From IMG/VR virus record IMGVR_UViG_2869455143_000004, positions 1 through 64,000 of that record: a stretch of 64,000 nucleotides of DNA; one strand, given 5' to 3'. Every line of letters begins with the position of its first letter. Position 1 is the first letter of the stretch. The notes below the pieces were generated by a model. The model saw only the letters and a program-made list of their open reading frames with translations. It was not told the DNA's origin and searched no databases. The position numbers and the translations under genes are program-made. This document shows positions 37,194 to 47,744 of this stretch, one piece after another. This DNA comes from a virus. Lineage: Duplodnaviria > Caudoviricetes.

Positions 37194-38882
37194 TTACTGT
37201 TGTGTCATAACAAATTTGGCGAAGTTAAGCAGTTGTTCCCGACTCCATGTTTCCGGGTTACTGTCATCACCTCTACCTGGGGCGGATTCGTACATCATGT
37301 CGTCGTGTTCTCCTGCGTCTTTGGTCGCATTGAACTCTTTGATCATGGACTGCAGCATCTGCTCATCCATTTTTAGCTGGTCGCAAAACAGGTAACGCAT
37401 GAACGTTTCACTACCAGCCAATTTGGGGCTTTGCTGGATCTGGTCGAGAATTTGCGTGATAACAGCGATGAAGTTGGCACGGGAATCCTGATCTCGGGCT
37501 TCTTCCTGCATCAATGCTGTGTTCATTGAGTTGAACTGGACGGAGTAGGGGCGCTGGTTAGACAGGTAGGCTTTACCGTGTTTGTATGCCAGATGAATAT
37601 CCGTGAGCCGGTAAATCACATCGCTTGCTGCCTGGCGGAGCCATTGAGCACGGATCGCGGCTTGAATAGCTGTTTGCGCCCAACCACCTTCACCTAATCC
37701 CCCTGACATTTGGTCTGCCCAGCCGAGCATGGTCGAGTCTATGCCCAGGCTTGAGCACAGCTGGCGAAGATGAAACATGACGTCTTCAATGCCGGTGATA
37801 TCAGCTGGAATGTACTGGGTATCAATAGTGATGTTATTCTTGCCATCCCCCATAACCGGTATCAGATGGTTAAGCACCGTCGGCATGGTATTCGCCTGCA
37901 GAGAACGGCGTGACATAGCTTCGCTGTTACGCTTCAGGGATTGGCTGACCGTGCGCGTGTAGTTCGCGGCGTTTACCGGATCGAGAGTGCCGGTTGTCAG
38001 TGCGATCAGCCGGTCAATTTTTGCAGCGTTGTAACGTGTGGCCTTCAGTGCATTCAGTGCGCCGCAAAGGTTCATAAACGCTTCATACGAGTTTTCCAGA
38101 AAGCTGGTCCCGTAGTTCTGCGTTTCGGTGATAGGGTGCTGGTTTTGTTCCGTTAATAGGGAATATCCACGCGTACCGGTTGTGACCGGAATAATTTTCC
38201 CTGATGGCGTCCAAAACGGGTTTTTCATTGCCACGATCTCCCACGGGTCAGCCAGCATGCGTTGCATTGTTTCCGGTGAAAGAAGGTAATCGCCTGAGAA
38301 CCCCGCGAGAGTCCCGCCTTTGTTAAATTCCTGAATGAAGTACGGGAGGGTGTAGTAAGACGATTCGATATTTACGATCCCGCGACCAGGCTCACCGTAG
38401 GGGCGCATATATCCGACGCCGAAAATAGCCATGAGTAACCCCCACGACGGCAGGCCGGTATCAATCATTTCCCCCAGGTCATTCATTAGCTCATTGCAGC
38501 GCGCCACGGTTTCTTTATCCCCTGGGTCTTTAGCAACGATGGAGAACGCCAGGCCCGTCCGTTTACTGGGAGATAAGGCTTGCGCGAGGTGGATATTTAA
38601 CGCCTGGGAAACCGTGGCGCTTTTTGCCATTTCCTCCAGCACTGTGTACCGCGACAACCTTTCCAGAGGCAGCTCAAGGTTGATACCTATCTGATCCGCC
38701 TGTGTTGTCAGTTCTCCAGGCGCGTCTTGCCGGTTGCCAGTCAGAAATGACAGCCCCGACCGTGAAACCACATTGTGACCACTGCTGATGGGGAGTTGTG
38801 CCAGTGGCGCGGCAGGCGCACTGGAGAACATTTTTTTCAGGGCCGCAAGTGGCCCGGAGCTTGTCGTCTTTCTGTTAGCCAT
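37194..38882 (-). CDS. prt: Portal protein Prt
   Basis: 562 aa; upstream of pro and divergent from darB as in P1. Confidence 0.85.
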   Translation of the reverse strand: MANRKTTSSGPLAALKKMFSSAPAAPLAQLPISSGHNVVSRSGLSFLTGNRQDAPGELTTQADQIGINLELPLERLSRYTVLEEMAKSATVSQALNIHLAQALSPSKRTGLAFSIVAKDPGDKETVARCNELMNDLGEMIDTGLPSWGLLMAIFGVGYMRPYGEPGRGIVNIESSYYTLPYFIQEFNKGGTLAGFSGDYLLSPETMQRMLADPWEIVAMKNPFWTPSGKIIPVTTGTRGYSLLTEQNQHPITETQNYGTSFLENSYEAFMNLCGALNALKATRYNAAKIDRLIALTTGTLDPVNAANYTRTVSQSLKRNSEAMSRRSLQANTMPTVLNHLIPVMGDGKNNITIDTQYIPADITGIEDVMFHLRQLCSSLGIDSTMLGWADQMSGGLGEGGWAQTAIQAAIRAQWLRQAASDVIYRLTDIHLAYKHGKAYLSNQRPYSVQFNSMNTALMQEEARDQDSRANFIAVITQILDQIQQSPKLAGSETFMRYLFCDQLKMDEQMLQSMIKEFNATKDAGEHDDMMYESAPGRGDDSNPETWSREQLLNFAKFVMTQQ

Positions 38883-38901
38883 GTTTTGACCAGTACCTTT
38901 G

Positions 38902-38923
38902 TTAAATACAGACCGCTTAGATT
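38902..38923 (+). promoter_or_regulatory. Late promoter for darB
   Basis: TTAAATACA-GACCGCT-TAGATT. Confidence 0.65.
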
Positions 38924-38930
38924 TACGTGG

Positions 38931-38952
38931 ATTTTATTGGGTCTATGTTTTA
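38931..38952 (-). promoter_or_regulatory. Late promoter for prt-pro
   Basis: TAAAACATA-GACCCAA-TAAAAT on the minus strand. Confidence 0.6.
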
Positions 38953-38970
38953 CGGACATAAGGTTAAAAA

Positions 38971-41900
38971 ATGACAAACCAGCTTTCAGAGGCAATTGGT
39001 GGGGCATCAACACTAAGTGAGTTGATAACAGCCATACTTCGCGCGCGTAAGGTGCGATCGGTTGTGCAATTCGGCATTGAAAAGGAGAGCGGCGTAAGTA
39101 TCCAGCGAGCCAGGCGACAAGCGAACAATGACGCTATGCGATTGCTGAATGAGCTACCTCAAAATTTTAATGGGAACAACCTGAGCGCTGAACAGCGTGA
39201 AATTCTTGCGGGTTACACCGGAGAAGGTGGCCTGACCGATGGGGGAAGCCAGTACGAATACTACACGCCGCAATTTATGGCTGAAGGTGTGTGGGATCTT
39301 CTGGCTGATTATGGCGTAACGTCTGGTCACGTTCTTGAGCCGTCTGCAGGTACCGGTATTTTCCAGGAAACGAAGCCTGCAGGTGCCATTATGACTGCAG
39401 CGGAGATCTCGTTAGTTTCCGGTCGTATTAACCAGTTACTGCACCCTGAAGACAGCGTACAGCTGGGGGCGTTTGAGACTTTAGCGGCTAAAGTACCGGA
39501 TGATACATACGACCATGCAGTCGGAAACGTCCCATTTGGCGAAAGCCGAACTGGTTACGCTGAGCTTGATCCCGCTTACAAAAACGAAACGAACGTCGGG
39601 CATTACTTCATCCTACGAACCATAGACAAGGTGAAGCCTGGTGGCCTGATTGTGCTGGTGGTACCGAACGGTATGACCGACGGCGGAGGGACGAACAAGA
39701 AGCTGCGCGACCGCGTATCCCGTAAAGCGGAGTTTTTGGGTGCTCACCGTATGCCGTCCGGTACCTTTGCCGAGAGCGGAACATCAACGGTGGTCGATGT
39801 ATGGGTGTTACGTAAGCACACGAAACCCCTGGCGGAGATCGTCAATGATGCCACTGACAAAATGCTCACCGGCGCGAATGTGCTGTGGCCTGTATTCATT
39901 AAGGGTAAATGGTTCCTTAGCCCCGAGGGGAAACGCTTTGTTCACGGAGAAACAGAGCGCTCATCATTCAATAATATTTTGACGGTCAAGAAGGATGGCC
40001 AACTTACCAATGCGGCAATGAAACAGGCGCTGTCACGTCGCTTTGATAGCCGAATTGACTGGTCCATGCTCACCATTGAACAGGATTTGTATCAGGGGGC
40101 CGTCGAAGGTGACAAGCGGCTGGTGGGCGATATCTGGCATACGTTCGACGGCGACAAGTGGATACGAGACACAACGACTAACCATGCCGCCATTGATGCT
40201 GCCAGATTCGGTGTAGCAACGTTTGGGGATTTACAAACGAGATGCCGATCTCTGCAGGGGCTGCTATCGCTGACCGCCAGCCAGATCGCCGCCGTCATGG
40301 ATGTTTACCCGTCCCTTCTTTCCGATCGTCAAAAAGGTATTGTTTCATTTGCTCTAAGGCAGAAAGCCAGCCAGCGTGAACGAGTAATGCGTGGGGGCTT
40401 GATTGGCCTGACGATTAACGATGCACAGGACATGATCGCCCAGGGGCGTGACGCGGGTTCTTTGCTGGTGGACGCGGCAAGGATTACCGCCGAAGAGGTA
40501 GCGCGAAACGGATCACCTAATGGCCTGCGGTTATCCGGGTTGTCCGATAGTACCGCGAAGGCCTGGCTCACCTTCCAGGCGAACGTAACCAGAGAAGGCC
40601 AGCTGTCGGATTTGTTGACCGGTAATATGAATGAGACTGAACTGAAAACGCTGGATACCGCTAATCCAGAGCAAGTAGTCAGTCATTTATTTAGCCAGAT
40701 TGACCTGATTCCCGTCACGCTGGAGCAATTTAGAGAGGTCTGTACTGCAAAGCTTCCTGAAAGTGATGACGCATTACTGGCGTATCTTGCCGGGTTCCCT
40801 GAAATTGCGCTCGATGGCTATGGAAACATGCTGCCAATGTCCCGCGCCACCAGCGGAAATGTACGCGGCAAAATCAACCACCTTGCAGGGCTGGTAAACG
40901 AGTACCCGGACGGACCCGAAAAGCAAAACTTTGTTCGCCAGATGGAGCTGATTAATGCCCGTCGAAAAGCGGCCCCAATCGACAAAATTAAAGTCAACCT
41001 CAACGCCCGTTGGCTTGACCGTCGCCTGATTAAAGAATTTCTCGCCGAACAGGGTTATGACGCCTTCCGCTATACAAAGGATCTGGAAGTTGAGAATGGC
41101 TACCTGGTGTCGGCGGATGATTACGAAGGTAAAGACGGTATTTTTACCGGGTATCAGCTGCGAACCGTCACCAGCAATAGCGGTGTAACTGAGTTTAAAA
41201 AGGCTAATAACAGCGATGGTTTCCTCAACCAGCTGGAGAACTACCTTAACGGTGTGAAGCCGCGCGGCCCGAAGGCGGGGGAATACCTTTCTCGCATAGC
41301 TAAGCTGGAAGGTAGCTTCAACGATTGGTTGCGATCACATCCTGACGTTGAGGGTGTTGTGAACGACTACAACGATGCCTTTAACAACTACATTCCGTTC
41401 GAACATTCCAGTGAGTCACTTCACCTGGAAGGACTGTCTGGCAAGCGCATCCCATTAAGCTATCAGAACTCTGAGGTTCGCCGCCTTTCGGAAGATGGGC
41501 GCGGGATCATGGGCTTTGGTACCGGCCTGGGTAAAACGACGACGGCGCTTGCCCTTGAAGCATTCAACTACCAGCACGGACGTTCAAAACGCACTGTTTT
41601 TGTCGTTCCAAAGGCGGTCTACCACAACTGGTACCACGAGGCGCGGGACTTCTACAGCCCGGAGGTCTTTGCGCAAATGCTGTTTGTCGGCATTGACGAG
41701 GTACGTGGGGAAGATGGCGAGATTCAGACATCCCAGGTTCGCAACGAAAACAACGAGCCGATGACTGATCGTGACGGCAACCCGATAATGCGTAACGTCA
41801 TTAAGGATGCCGATAGCGCCACGATTCTGGAACGAATGAACCGCATACCGGCGTCGAATTACCGTAGCGTCATCATGACCAAAGAACAGTTTGGCATGAT

Positions 41901-44900
41901 CCCGCTGCGTGAAGAAACCATAGAAGAGAACTCGGCACAGGCGCTCTATAACGCTATTGATATGGGCCGTACCGATCTTCTGAAAAGTAGCCATCGTGCT
42001 GAGCTGGCTAAGAACAAAATTAAGGACAAGGCCGCTGACACTGGCACAGCGAAAAAGCACCAGGTTCCGTACTTTGAGGACATGAATTTTGACAATGTGA
42101 TCGCCGATGAGGGCCACAACTACCGAAATTCACTGGCTGCTGGTCGAGAAACCGCGCAGTTGGCCTATTTGCCGAATCCTGCAGTCTCGCAAATCGCGCG
42201 CGACATGGCTGTGAAAAGCGCCTACCTGATGAAGAAATTCAACGGTCGCGGCGTAACCCTGTTAACAGCTACTCCACTGGTAAACAGCCCGTTAGATGCC
42301 TTCAACATGCTATCTCACGTCGTGCCGGTTGAAGAGTGGAAAGCCATGGGGATATTAACCCCTGATGACTTTGTTCGCGTATTTGGCGAAACCGCTAATG
42401 TGGTGGTGCAGAAGATATCCGGCGAGGTTGTTGATAAGCAGGGGCTGGTGGGCTTTAAGAACCTGGACGGCTTACGCGGTATTTTCCATCGCTGGACCAC
42501 TCTCAAGACCGCTCAGGACGTCAAGGAAAGCGTCAAAATCCCCGACCTGAACGAAATCAACGTAGACGTGCCGCTAACGCAAGAGCAGGTCGATATCTAC
42601 GAGGAATTGCGCCAGCGCGCGGCGAAGATCGGGCAGAAAGACGTCATTGAACGCAATGAGGATGGCACGATTTCCATCACGGCGAACAAAAACGATGACT
42701 TTATTTTCTCGGTGATCCGCGACATGGATAAGCTGGTCATTGACCCTGATCTATATCGGTCGTCAATGACGTTTATCTTCCCCGAAGACCAACGCGAAAA
42801 GGTTATGGCTATTGCCGCCGGTCTTCCCGCTGCAGCTGGTGGGGTAGAGGCTGATGACGATGAGTCTGACACGGGCCTGGTGAGCACGTTATCCAGTAAG
42901 GTAGTCGAAACCAAAGTTAGTACCCGTGGGGATGCCGTCGAGCTGGTGGTTAGCGTAGACCTGGAAGCTGCAGTGCTTCAAGCCATTGCGAAGGCCGGGA
43001 TCGACATGAAGACGGTCACGCACCCGATCCCACCGAAATATGCCGCTCTGATTGCCAACCTTAAAGCCGGACTGGTTAACGGTAAGCAAATCATCTTCAT
43101 GGATGAGAAAAGCCAGCACGGTAAGCTACGCCGCATTTTGTCGAATGCGCTGGGTATGGATGAGAGTCAGATCGGGATCATCAATGCCACCAGCGTACAG
43201 CAGGCCACCGGCGTGAAGCTGAAAAAGGTTAAAAAGCCGGTCGAACCGACGGAAAAAGCCGACGGTACATACAAAGACGGTGCTTGGGAGAAATATTACA
43301 GCGAGCTGGCAAAATATGAGGACTACATTTCCGCGCTGAATGATATGTCGCTCACCGGCATGGAAGGGATCGCCGCTGATTATAACGAAGGTCGAACGCC
43401 GATCGTCATCTGCAACAAAAAGGCTGAAGTAGGGATTAACCTTCACAAAGGTACCACGGATATTCATCATCTGACGCTACCATGGACCCCTGCCAGCATC
43501 AACCAGCGCAACGGGCGCGGCGCGCGCGTAGGTTCATCACAGGATAGCGTGAACGTCCATTACTACTGTGGCAAAGGTTCATTTGACGAATTCCGGTTAG
43601 GTACGCTGAAACGCAAGGGTAATTGGATTGGCGAAATCATGACGTCTGATGCCTCAACGCTCAAGAACGGCGACATGGATGAAAATGACGATATTCAGCT
43701 GCTGCTGGCGGCGAACCAGGATGAGCGTAAAGCGCGTCTTGAAGCGCAGCTTTCAGCCCGACGCGAAGCGGAACGCCGTAAGGCCGAAAAAGAAGCTGAG
43801 GTAGCGCTTGATGTGTACCTGCGTTCGTCCATTGCGGCAAACGAAGATCCGACCGCGCTGGCTGACAATCTCAACGAACTGACTGCACAGCTTGGCACCC
43901 AGGAGGAAGCGGTAGAAGAGGCGCGCAACGAAGTTACGAAGGAGGAATCCGAATATAACAGCTGGGCGGAGATCCACGGTAAGCGAAGCGCTGATGTTTA
44001 TCACGGTTCGTCACGACGCAATGCCCGGACCATGTTGAAATATCAGATTGAGAAACTAACCGACCTGAAAGGCCAGGTTAAAACAGCCCGTAATACCCTA
44101 ACGCGCAATAAAAACGCCGCCACCATGCTAAAGCGCGCCAAAGGCGATCTGGAGCGTAGCATTGCTGCAGGTGTGATCGATATTGACCCGGATGTATTGC
44201 TGAATCCGTCTAATTACATGAAAACGAATAGCGGTCGAGTGTTAAAAACCGACGCTTATTACACCATCAATACTGATACCTCACAGCAAGTGATTGTGCG
44301 CATTACTCGCCTGTTACCGGAAAAACAGACGGTAGAAACTGAAATCACTTACACCTCCGTTTATCCGTACTCCACGTATCGCATCGGATCGAAGAGAGAA
44401 ATGCCGGTGAGCGATATTATCAACCAGGTTGATGTTTCACTGGATACGGTAGAGGCAAGACGTCGGGCAGCTGAAGGCCTCACACCAGACAAGGTTGCCA
44501 GTGTCCTTACCCGTGCGCAGTTTTACGATGCGGTGACGGAGAACGTCTTACGCGTGAGGGATGATTACTGGATGGCATACAATGACGGCAAACTTGAGCT
44601 GGTCTATATCTTGCGTGGAGCCTTGCCGGATGATATCGCGCCAACGTCTTATGTTTACCCGGACAGTAGTGATGATGGCCTAAAACGTGCTCTGTTTGCA
44701 TACAGCCGTAGCGGTTCGAGCATGTACTCGGCAAGACTCTTTTTCATTGCTGTATTTGGGGAAAACTACACCGCCGAGCTGGAGGCCTTTGGCGAGCAGG
44801 GGACCGTAGAGGATGTATTACCGGTGCTCAATGAATCAATCGCTAAGGCTGAGGCCATGTATAACGATTCATTGGCTGGGGCGTCGGATAGCGACATTCG

Positions 44901-45813
44901 CGCCCAGTTTAACGGTAACTATGAGTCTGTTAGGGCTATGTGGAAACACCGCATTTCAACGTCATCCCTGTCACAGCTACACGAGCGATTCTCAAATAAG
45001 AGCCAGCTGGAAAACCTGTTCCAGAAACTGCGTGATGAGCGCCTGGTGGCAAAGCTACAGGTCATGAAAGATGGCAATGAAAAGTTGGCGCAAAAACTGT
45101 ATGAGCAATACTCCCGCCTTAGTGGTGTGCGGTCGCTGAAGGTGATCCGCGATCTGGTTGACTCATCCACTGCCGACTTAATTAAACAGGTGAATAGCCA
45201 TGATTCGCTGCTGACGTCTTCCCTCGCTGATTACCTGATGGCTGGGGTGCTGGTGGGTGCATACTCCGAAAGCCGTATATCGGTAGAGGATTTCCGCAGC
45301 GTTGATCTGGTGCGCCGTCACATTGACCTAATTAAATATAAATTACAGGAAATTAAGCACGGGGGGGGTAAACAATTTGCTTCATCATGGGAAGAATATC
45401 TCTCTATGATGGCTGGGGAAAAAACTGCTGAAGAGATTGAAGCCGAAAAGCAGGAGCGAGAGGCAAAACAAGCGGAAGCAACAGAGTTTACCCAAGAGCA
45501 AACTGACGAGAAAGAATTAGGCTTCAGCATTCAGCAAAACTCACTGAATCTTGAGGGAAGGCGTGTCTGGCGTCGTAGAACGTTCAAGCTCAGCTATCCG
45601 GCTGGTGGTGCGTACGTTCTGTGTGATACGTCGGGACGGGCCACGCTCAAGAAAAAATCCGTGCGGGAAATGCTTAAAGAGAAATATGGTGCGACGTTCT
45701 GGAATTTTGAAGACGATCCGGTTGAAGGTAACGAGTTTACCCAGCCAGCATGGGTTGTCTCTAGCCGGTACGACAAAGCCGAAATCCAAGCCAGCATTCA
45801 GGCCATCATTTAA
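38971..45813 (+). CDS. darB: DarB antirestriction protein: N6-methyltransferase plus SF2/SNF2 helicase
   Basis: LEPSAGTG and GNVPF; GTGLGKT, DEGH, TATP, QRNGRGAR; 2280 aa. Confidence 0.95.
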   Translation: MTNQLSEAIGGASTLSELITAILRARKVRSVVQFGIEKESGVSIQRARRQANNDAMRLLNELPQNFNGNNLSAEQREILAGYTGEGGLTDGGSQYEYYTPQFMAEGVWDLLADYGVTSGHVLEPSAGTGIFQETKPAGAIMTAAEISLVSGRINQLLHPEDSVQLGAFETLAAKVPDDTYDHAVGNVPFGESRTGYAELDPAYKNETNVGHYFILRTIDKVKPGGLIVLVVPNGMTDGGGTNKKLRDRVSRKAEFLGAHRMPSGTFAESGTSTVVDVWVLRKHTKPLAEIVNDATDKMLTGANVLWPVFIKGKWFLSPEGKRFVHGETERSSFNNILTVKKDGQLTNAAMKQALSRRFDSRIDWSMLTIEQDLYQGAVEGDKRLVGDIWHTFDGDKWIRDTTTNHAAIDAARFGVATFGDLQTRCRSLQGLLSLTASQIAAVMDVYPSLLSDRQKGIVSFALRQKASQRERVMRGGLIGLTINDAQDMIAQGRDAGSLLVDAARITAEEVARNGSPNGLRLSGLSDSTAKAWLTFQANVTREGQLSDLLTGNMNETELKTLDTANPEQVVSHLFSQIDLIPVTLEQFREVCTAKLPESDDALLAYLAGFPEIALDGYGNMLPMSRATSGNVRGKINHLAGLVNEYPDGPEKQNFVRQMELINARRKAAPIDKIKVNLNARWLDRRLIKEFLAEQGYDAFRYTKDLEVENGYLVSADDYEGKDGIFTGYQLRTVTSNSGVTEFKKANNSDGFLNQLENYLNGVKPRGPKAGEYLSRIAKLEGSFNDWLRSHPDVEGVVNDYNDAFNNYIPFEHSSESLHLEGLSGKRIPLSYQNSEVRRLSEDGRGIMGFGTGLGKTTTALALEAFNYQHGRSKRTVFVVPKAVYHNWYHEARDFYSPEVFAQMLFVGIDEVRGEDGEIQTSQVRNENNEPMTDRDGNPIMRNVIKDADSATILERMNRIPASNYRSVIMTKEQFGMIPLREETIEENSAQALYNAIDMGRTDLLKSSHRAELAKNKIKDKAADTGTAKKHQVPYFEDMNFDNVIADEGHNYRNSLAAGRETAQLAYLPNPAVSQIARDMAVKSAYLMKKFNGRGVTLLTATPLVNSPLDAFNMLSHVVPVEEWKAMGILTPDDFVRVFGETANVVVQKISGEVVDKQGLVGFKNLDGLRGIFHRWTTLKTAQDVKESVKIPDLNEINVDVPLTQEQVDIYEELRQRAAKIGQKDVIERNEDGTISITANKNDDFIFSVIRDMDKLVIDPDLYRSSMTFIFPEDQREKVMAIAAGLPAAAGGVEADDDESDTGLVSTLSSKVVETKVSTRGDAVELVVSVDLEAAVLQAIAKAGIDMKTVTHPIPPKYAALIANLKAGLVNGKQIIFMDEKSQHGKLRRILSNALGMDESQIGIINATSVQQATGVKLKKVKKPVEPTEKADGTYKDGAWEKYYSELAKYEDYISALNDMSLTGMEGIAADYNEGRTPIVICNKKAEVGINLHKGTTDIHHLTLPWTPASINQRNGRGARVGSSQDSVNVHYYCGKGSFDEFRLGTLKRKGNWIGEIMTSDASTLKNGDMDENDDIQLLLAANQDERKARLEAQLSARREAERRKAEKEAEVALDVYLRSSIAANEDPTALADNLNELTAQLGTQEEAVEEARNEVTKEESEYNSWAEIHGKRSADVYHGSSRRNARTMLKYQIEKLTDLKGQVKTARNTLTRNKNAATMLKRAKGDLERSIAAGVIDIDPDVLLNPSNYMKTNSGRVLKTDAYYTINTDTSQQVIVRITRLLPEKQTVETEITYTSVYPYSTYRIGSKREMPVSDIINQVDVSLDTVEARRRAAEGLTPDKVASVLTRAQFYDAVTENVLRVRDDYWMAYNDGKLELVYILRGALPDDIAPTSYVYPDSSDDGLKRALFAYSRSGSSMYSARLFFIAVFGENYTAELEAFGEQGTVEDVLPVLNESIAKAEAMYNDSLAGASDSDIRAQFNGNYESVRAMWKHRISTSSLSQLHERFSNKSQLENLFQKLRDERLVAKLQVMKDGNEKLAQKLYEQYSRLSGVRSLKVIRDLVDSSTADLIKQVNSHDSLLTSSLADYLMAGVLVGAYSESRISVEDFRSVDLVRRHIDLIKYKLQEIKHGGGKQFASSWEEYLSMMAGEKTAEEIEAEKQEREAKQAEATEFTQEQTDEKELGFSIQQNSLNLEGRRVWRRRTFKLSYPAGGAYVLCDTSGRATLKKKSVREMLKEKYGATFWNFEDDPVEGNEFTQPAWVVSSRYDKAEIQASIQAII

Positions 45814-45851
45814 TTTTTATGGAGAGGCCCAGGTTACTGGGCCAAAAAGAA

Positions 45852-46289
45852 ATGACGACGTTAATCGACACCATTAAGCCGACAGAAGAGTACATAGAGT
45901 CAGTATTGCAGGAGCATGCCCTGTCAGGACGCAGCGAAGAAGAGTTTACCGCCGCATATCTGAAGGGGCTGGTGGAGCGCCTGAAAGCAGATGTTAAAAC
46001 ATACCGATCGTTTGGCCCATGGTGGCCTTCTCTCAAGGTCTTGCTATTGAAAGATGGCCATACTGACTTTGGGCAAGTCGTTGATGGGGATGTGGCGGCG
46101 ATTTACACCATGAGTCGCCCAGCTCTGACGCTGGTGGCGGCACACCTTTATGCTCAAGAAGTGCTGGAGTCTGGTAATATTCACAGTGCTGTTCATTTTC
46201 TCAGTGTTATGCCGTCGGCGGATGATACTGAGCCATACCAATACACCAGCTACGACGAGTCCATCGAAAAATTCAAACTGACCAGATAA
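45852..46289 (+). CDS. ulx: Ulx
   Basis: DTIKP...YRS.GP.WP...RPALTL.AA.LY; follows darB. Confidence 0.85.
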   Translation: MTTLIDTIKPTEEYIESVLQEHALSGRSEEEFTAAYLKGLVERLKADVKTYRSFGPWWPSLKVLLLKDGHTDFGQVVDGDVAAIYTMSRPALTLVAAHLYAQEVLESGNIHSAVHFLSVMPSADDTEPYQYTSYDESIEKFKLTR

Positions 46290-46299
46290 AGGAGCATAC

Positions 46300-46569
46300 A
46301 TGTCAAAAGTCAGACCCCAAACTGAACGCCGGTTTTACACTTCGGACCAGTTGCGGGAAAAGGCTGCAGCAATGGGTTGTTGCTTACGATTTGCGCGGTC
46401 ACAGGGGGTTTTCGAGTTGACGATTGATAATCAGCAGGAAAAAAACTGGACGTGGGTAATGCGTCCTGGAAGCAATGAGCGGGTACGGCTGGTGCGAGAG
46501 TTGACGCGGGATGAGTGGGATCTTGCGCTCGCGAACGCACGGGAAACACTTCTTAGTTTTTCAATCTGA
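46300..46569 (+). CDS. lxc: Lxc-like C1 co-repressor
   Basis: Position after ulx, size, weak EW....NA similarity. Confidence 0.5.
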   Translation: MSKVRPQTERRFYTSDQLREKAAAMGCCLRFARSQGVFELTIDNQQEKNWTWVMRPGSNERVRLVRELTRDEWDLALANARETLLSFSI

Positions 46570-46611
46570 AGTTTTCTAACAGAAAAATACCTTGCTTTAA
46601 ATATATTAAAG

Positions 46612-46622
46612 CCTTAGATTTT
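46612..46622. promoter_or_regulatory. Candidate C1 operator
   Basis: CCTTAGATTTT, 10/11 match. Confidence 0.5.
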
Positions 46623-46720
46623 AATGGAGCAAAAGAAAAGCCCGGCATAGCCGGGCCTCACATTCACCTGTAGGTTTTCGCCGTCAAACTTAGGCCTACA
46701 GAGAACAACGGGACTATATC

Positions 46721-46888
46721 ATGAAAACTTACGCGCAACGCGATTTTGTAAACCACCCTCAGCTTTCTGCGAAAAAAAACGACGTTTCCTCTCTGGAAAA
46801 GACCCTCATCGTATGGGGCGCACTGCTTCTTTCAACCTTCGGCGCGGCCTGGATCTTGAGTCTTATCTACCAATTCGCGATCCGTTGA
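46721..46888 (+). CDS. 55-aa single-pass membrane peptide (not in the ORF track)
   Basis: MKTYAQR...LIVWGALLLSTFGAAWILSLIYQFAIR; terminator hairpins at about 46914-46937 and 46959-47002. Confidence 0.5.
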   Translation: MKTYAQRDFVNHPQLSAKKNDVSSLEKTLIVWGALLLSTFGAAWILSLIYQFAIR

Positions 46889-47097
46889 ACAATCTAACCT
46901 AAGCCCACGCGACAACCGAACAATATCATCGGTTTTTGCATTCTCTTCGGCGTTTACATAGCTAACAGCCATAAGCTTGGCTGTTGCTATTGTGTTTTTT
47001 TTGAAACGCCGTGAGAATAAATGTAATTATTCATTATCTCTTAGATAGCTTGATATCTTTCGGGGTGTGATACTTCATTAAGCTTCATGGAAAGGGT

Positions 47098-47655
47098 ATG
47101 CGATTTTCATCGGAATGGCTTGAAGGATACAAAAAGAAGCGTCCAGTTCGCGCCGCCTCTTCTGACTCAGACTGGTTAAAAACAGTTGTTAAGGTTTCAG
47201 TTCACGCAGCAGCACTCGCGGCCCTGATAAAAAAACCAGAGCTGCTTAAAGGCAACCAGGAACACTACGATCAAGTACAAGTTTTTGATCGCATAGAACG
47301 GAAACACCCCGATCTCTACTCACTTCTTCATGCGACTCCGAACGGCGGATATCGCACCAAAAAAAGCGCGGCGCAAATGCCAGCGGAAGGGCAGAAAAAA
47401 GGCTATCCAGATATGTCTCTTGATAAGCCAGCCGGTATTTATCACGGGATGCGAGTAGAGCTAAAACACGGGAAGAAAAAGCCAACAAAAGAGCAGATTG
47501 AATGGCTCAATTTGCTGACAGATCAAGGCTACTACTGCATCCTGGCATTCACACCGGATGAAGCCGTCGCGGAGATGGTGGCTTACTCACAGCTTGCCGC
47601 CGGTGAATCGATGCCAGAGCACCCAAATAACAGCTACTGGAGGGCGGCGGCTTAA
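47098..47655 (+). CDS. pmgM: PmgM, VRR-NUC family nuclease
   Basis: LHATPNGG...EGQKKGYPD...ELK...PTKEQ..W. Confidence 0.85.
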   Translation: MRFSSEWLEGYKKKRPVRAASSDSDWLKTVVKVSVHAAALAALIKKPELLKGNQEHYDQVQVFDRIERKHPDLYSLLHATPNGGYRTKKSAAQMPAEGQKKGYPDMSLDKPAGIYHGMRVELKHGKKKPTKEQIEWLNLLTDQGYYCILAFTPDEAVAEMVAYSQLAAGESMPEHPNNSYWRAAA

Positions 47656-47744
47656 ACGTAAGGCGATGATAGTGAAGTCAGATGTGCTGGTGGCGCGTTG
47701 CCAGCAGTTTTTTTTACATAGCATGGGTAGAGGATCGGGGTTAC

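Noticed and set aside
38915-38925. GCTTAGATTTA as a C1 operator
   Set aside because: Coincides with the darB late-promoter -10, so it may be incidental
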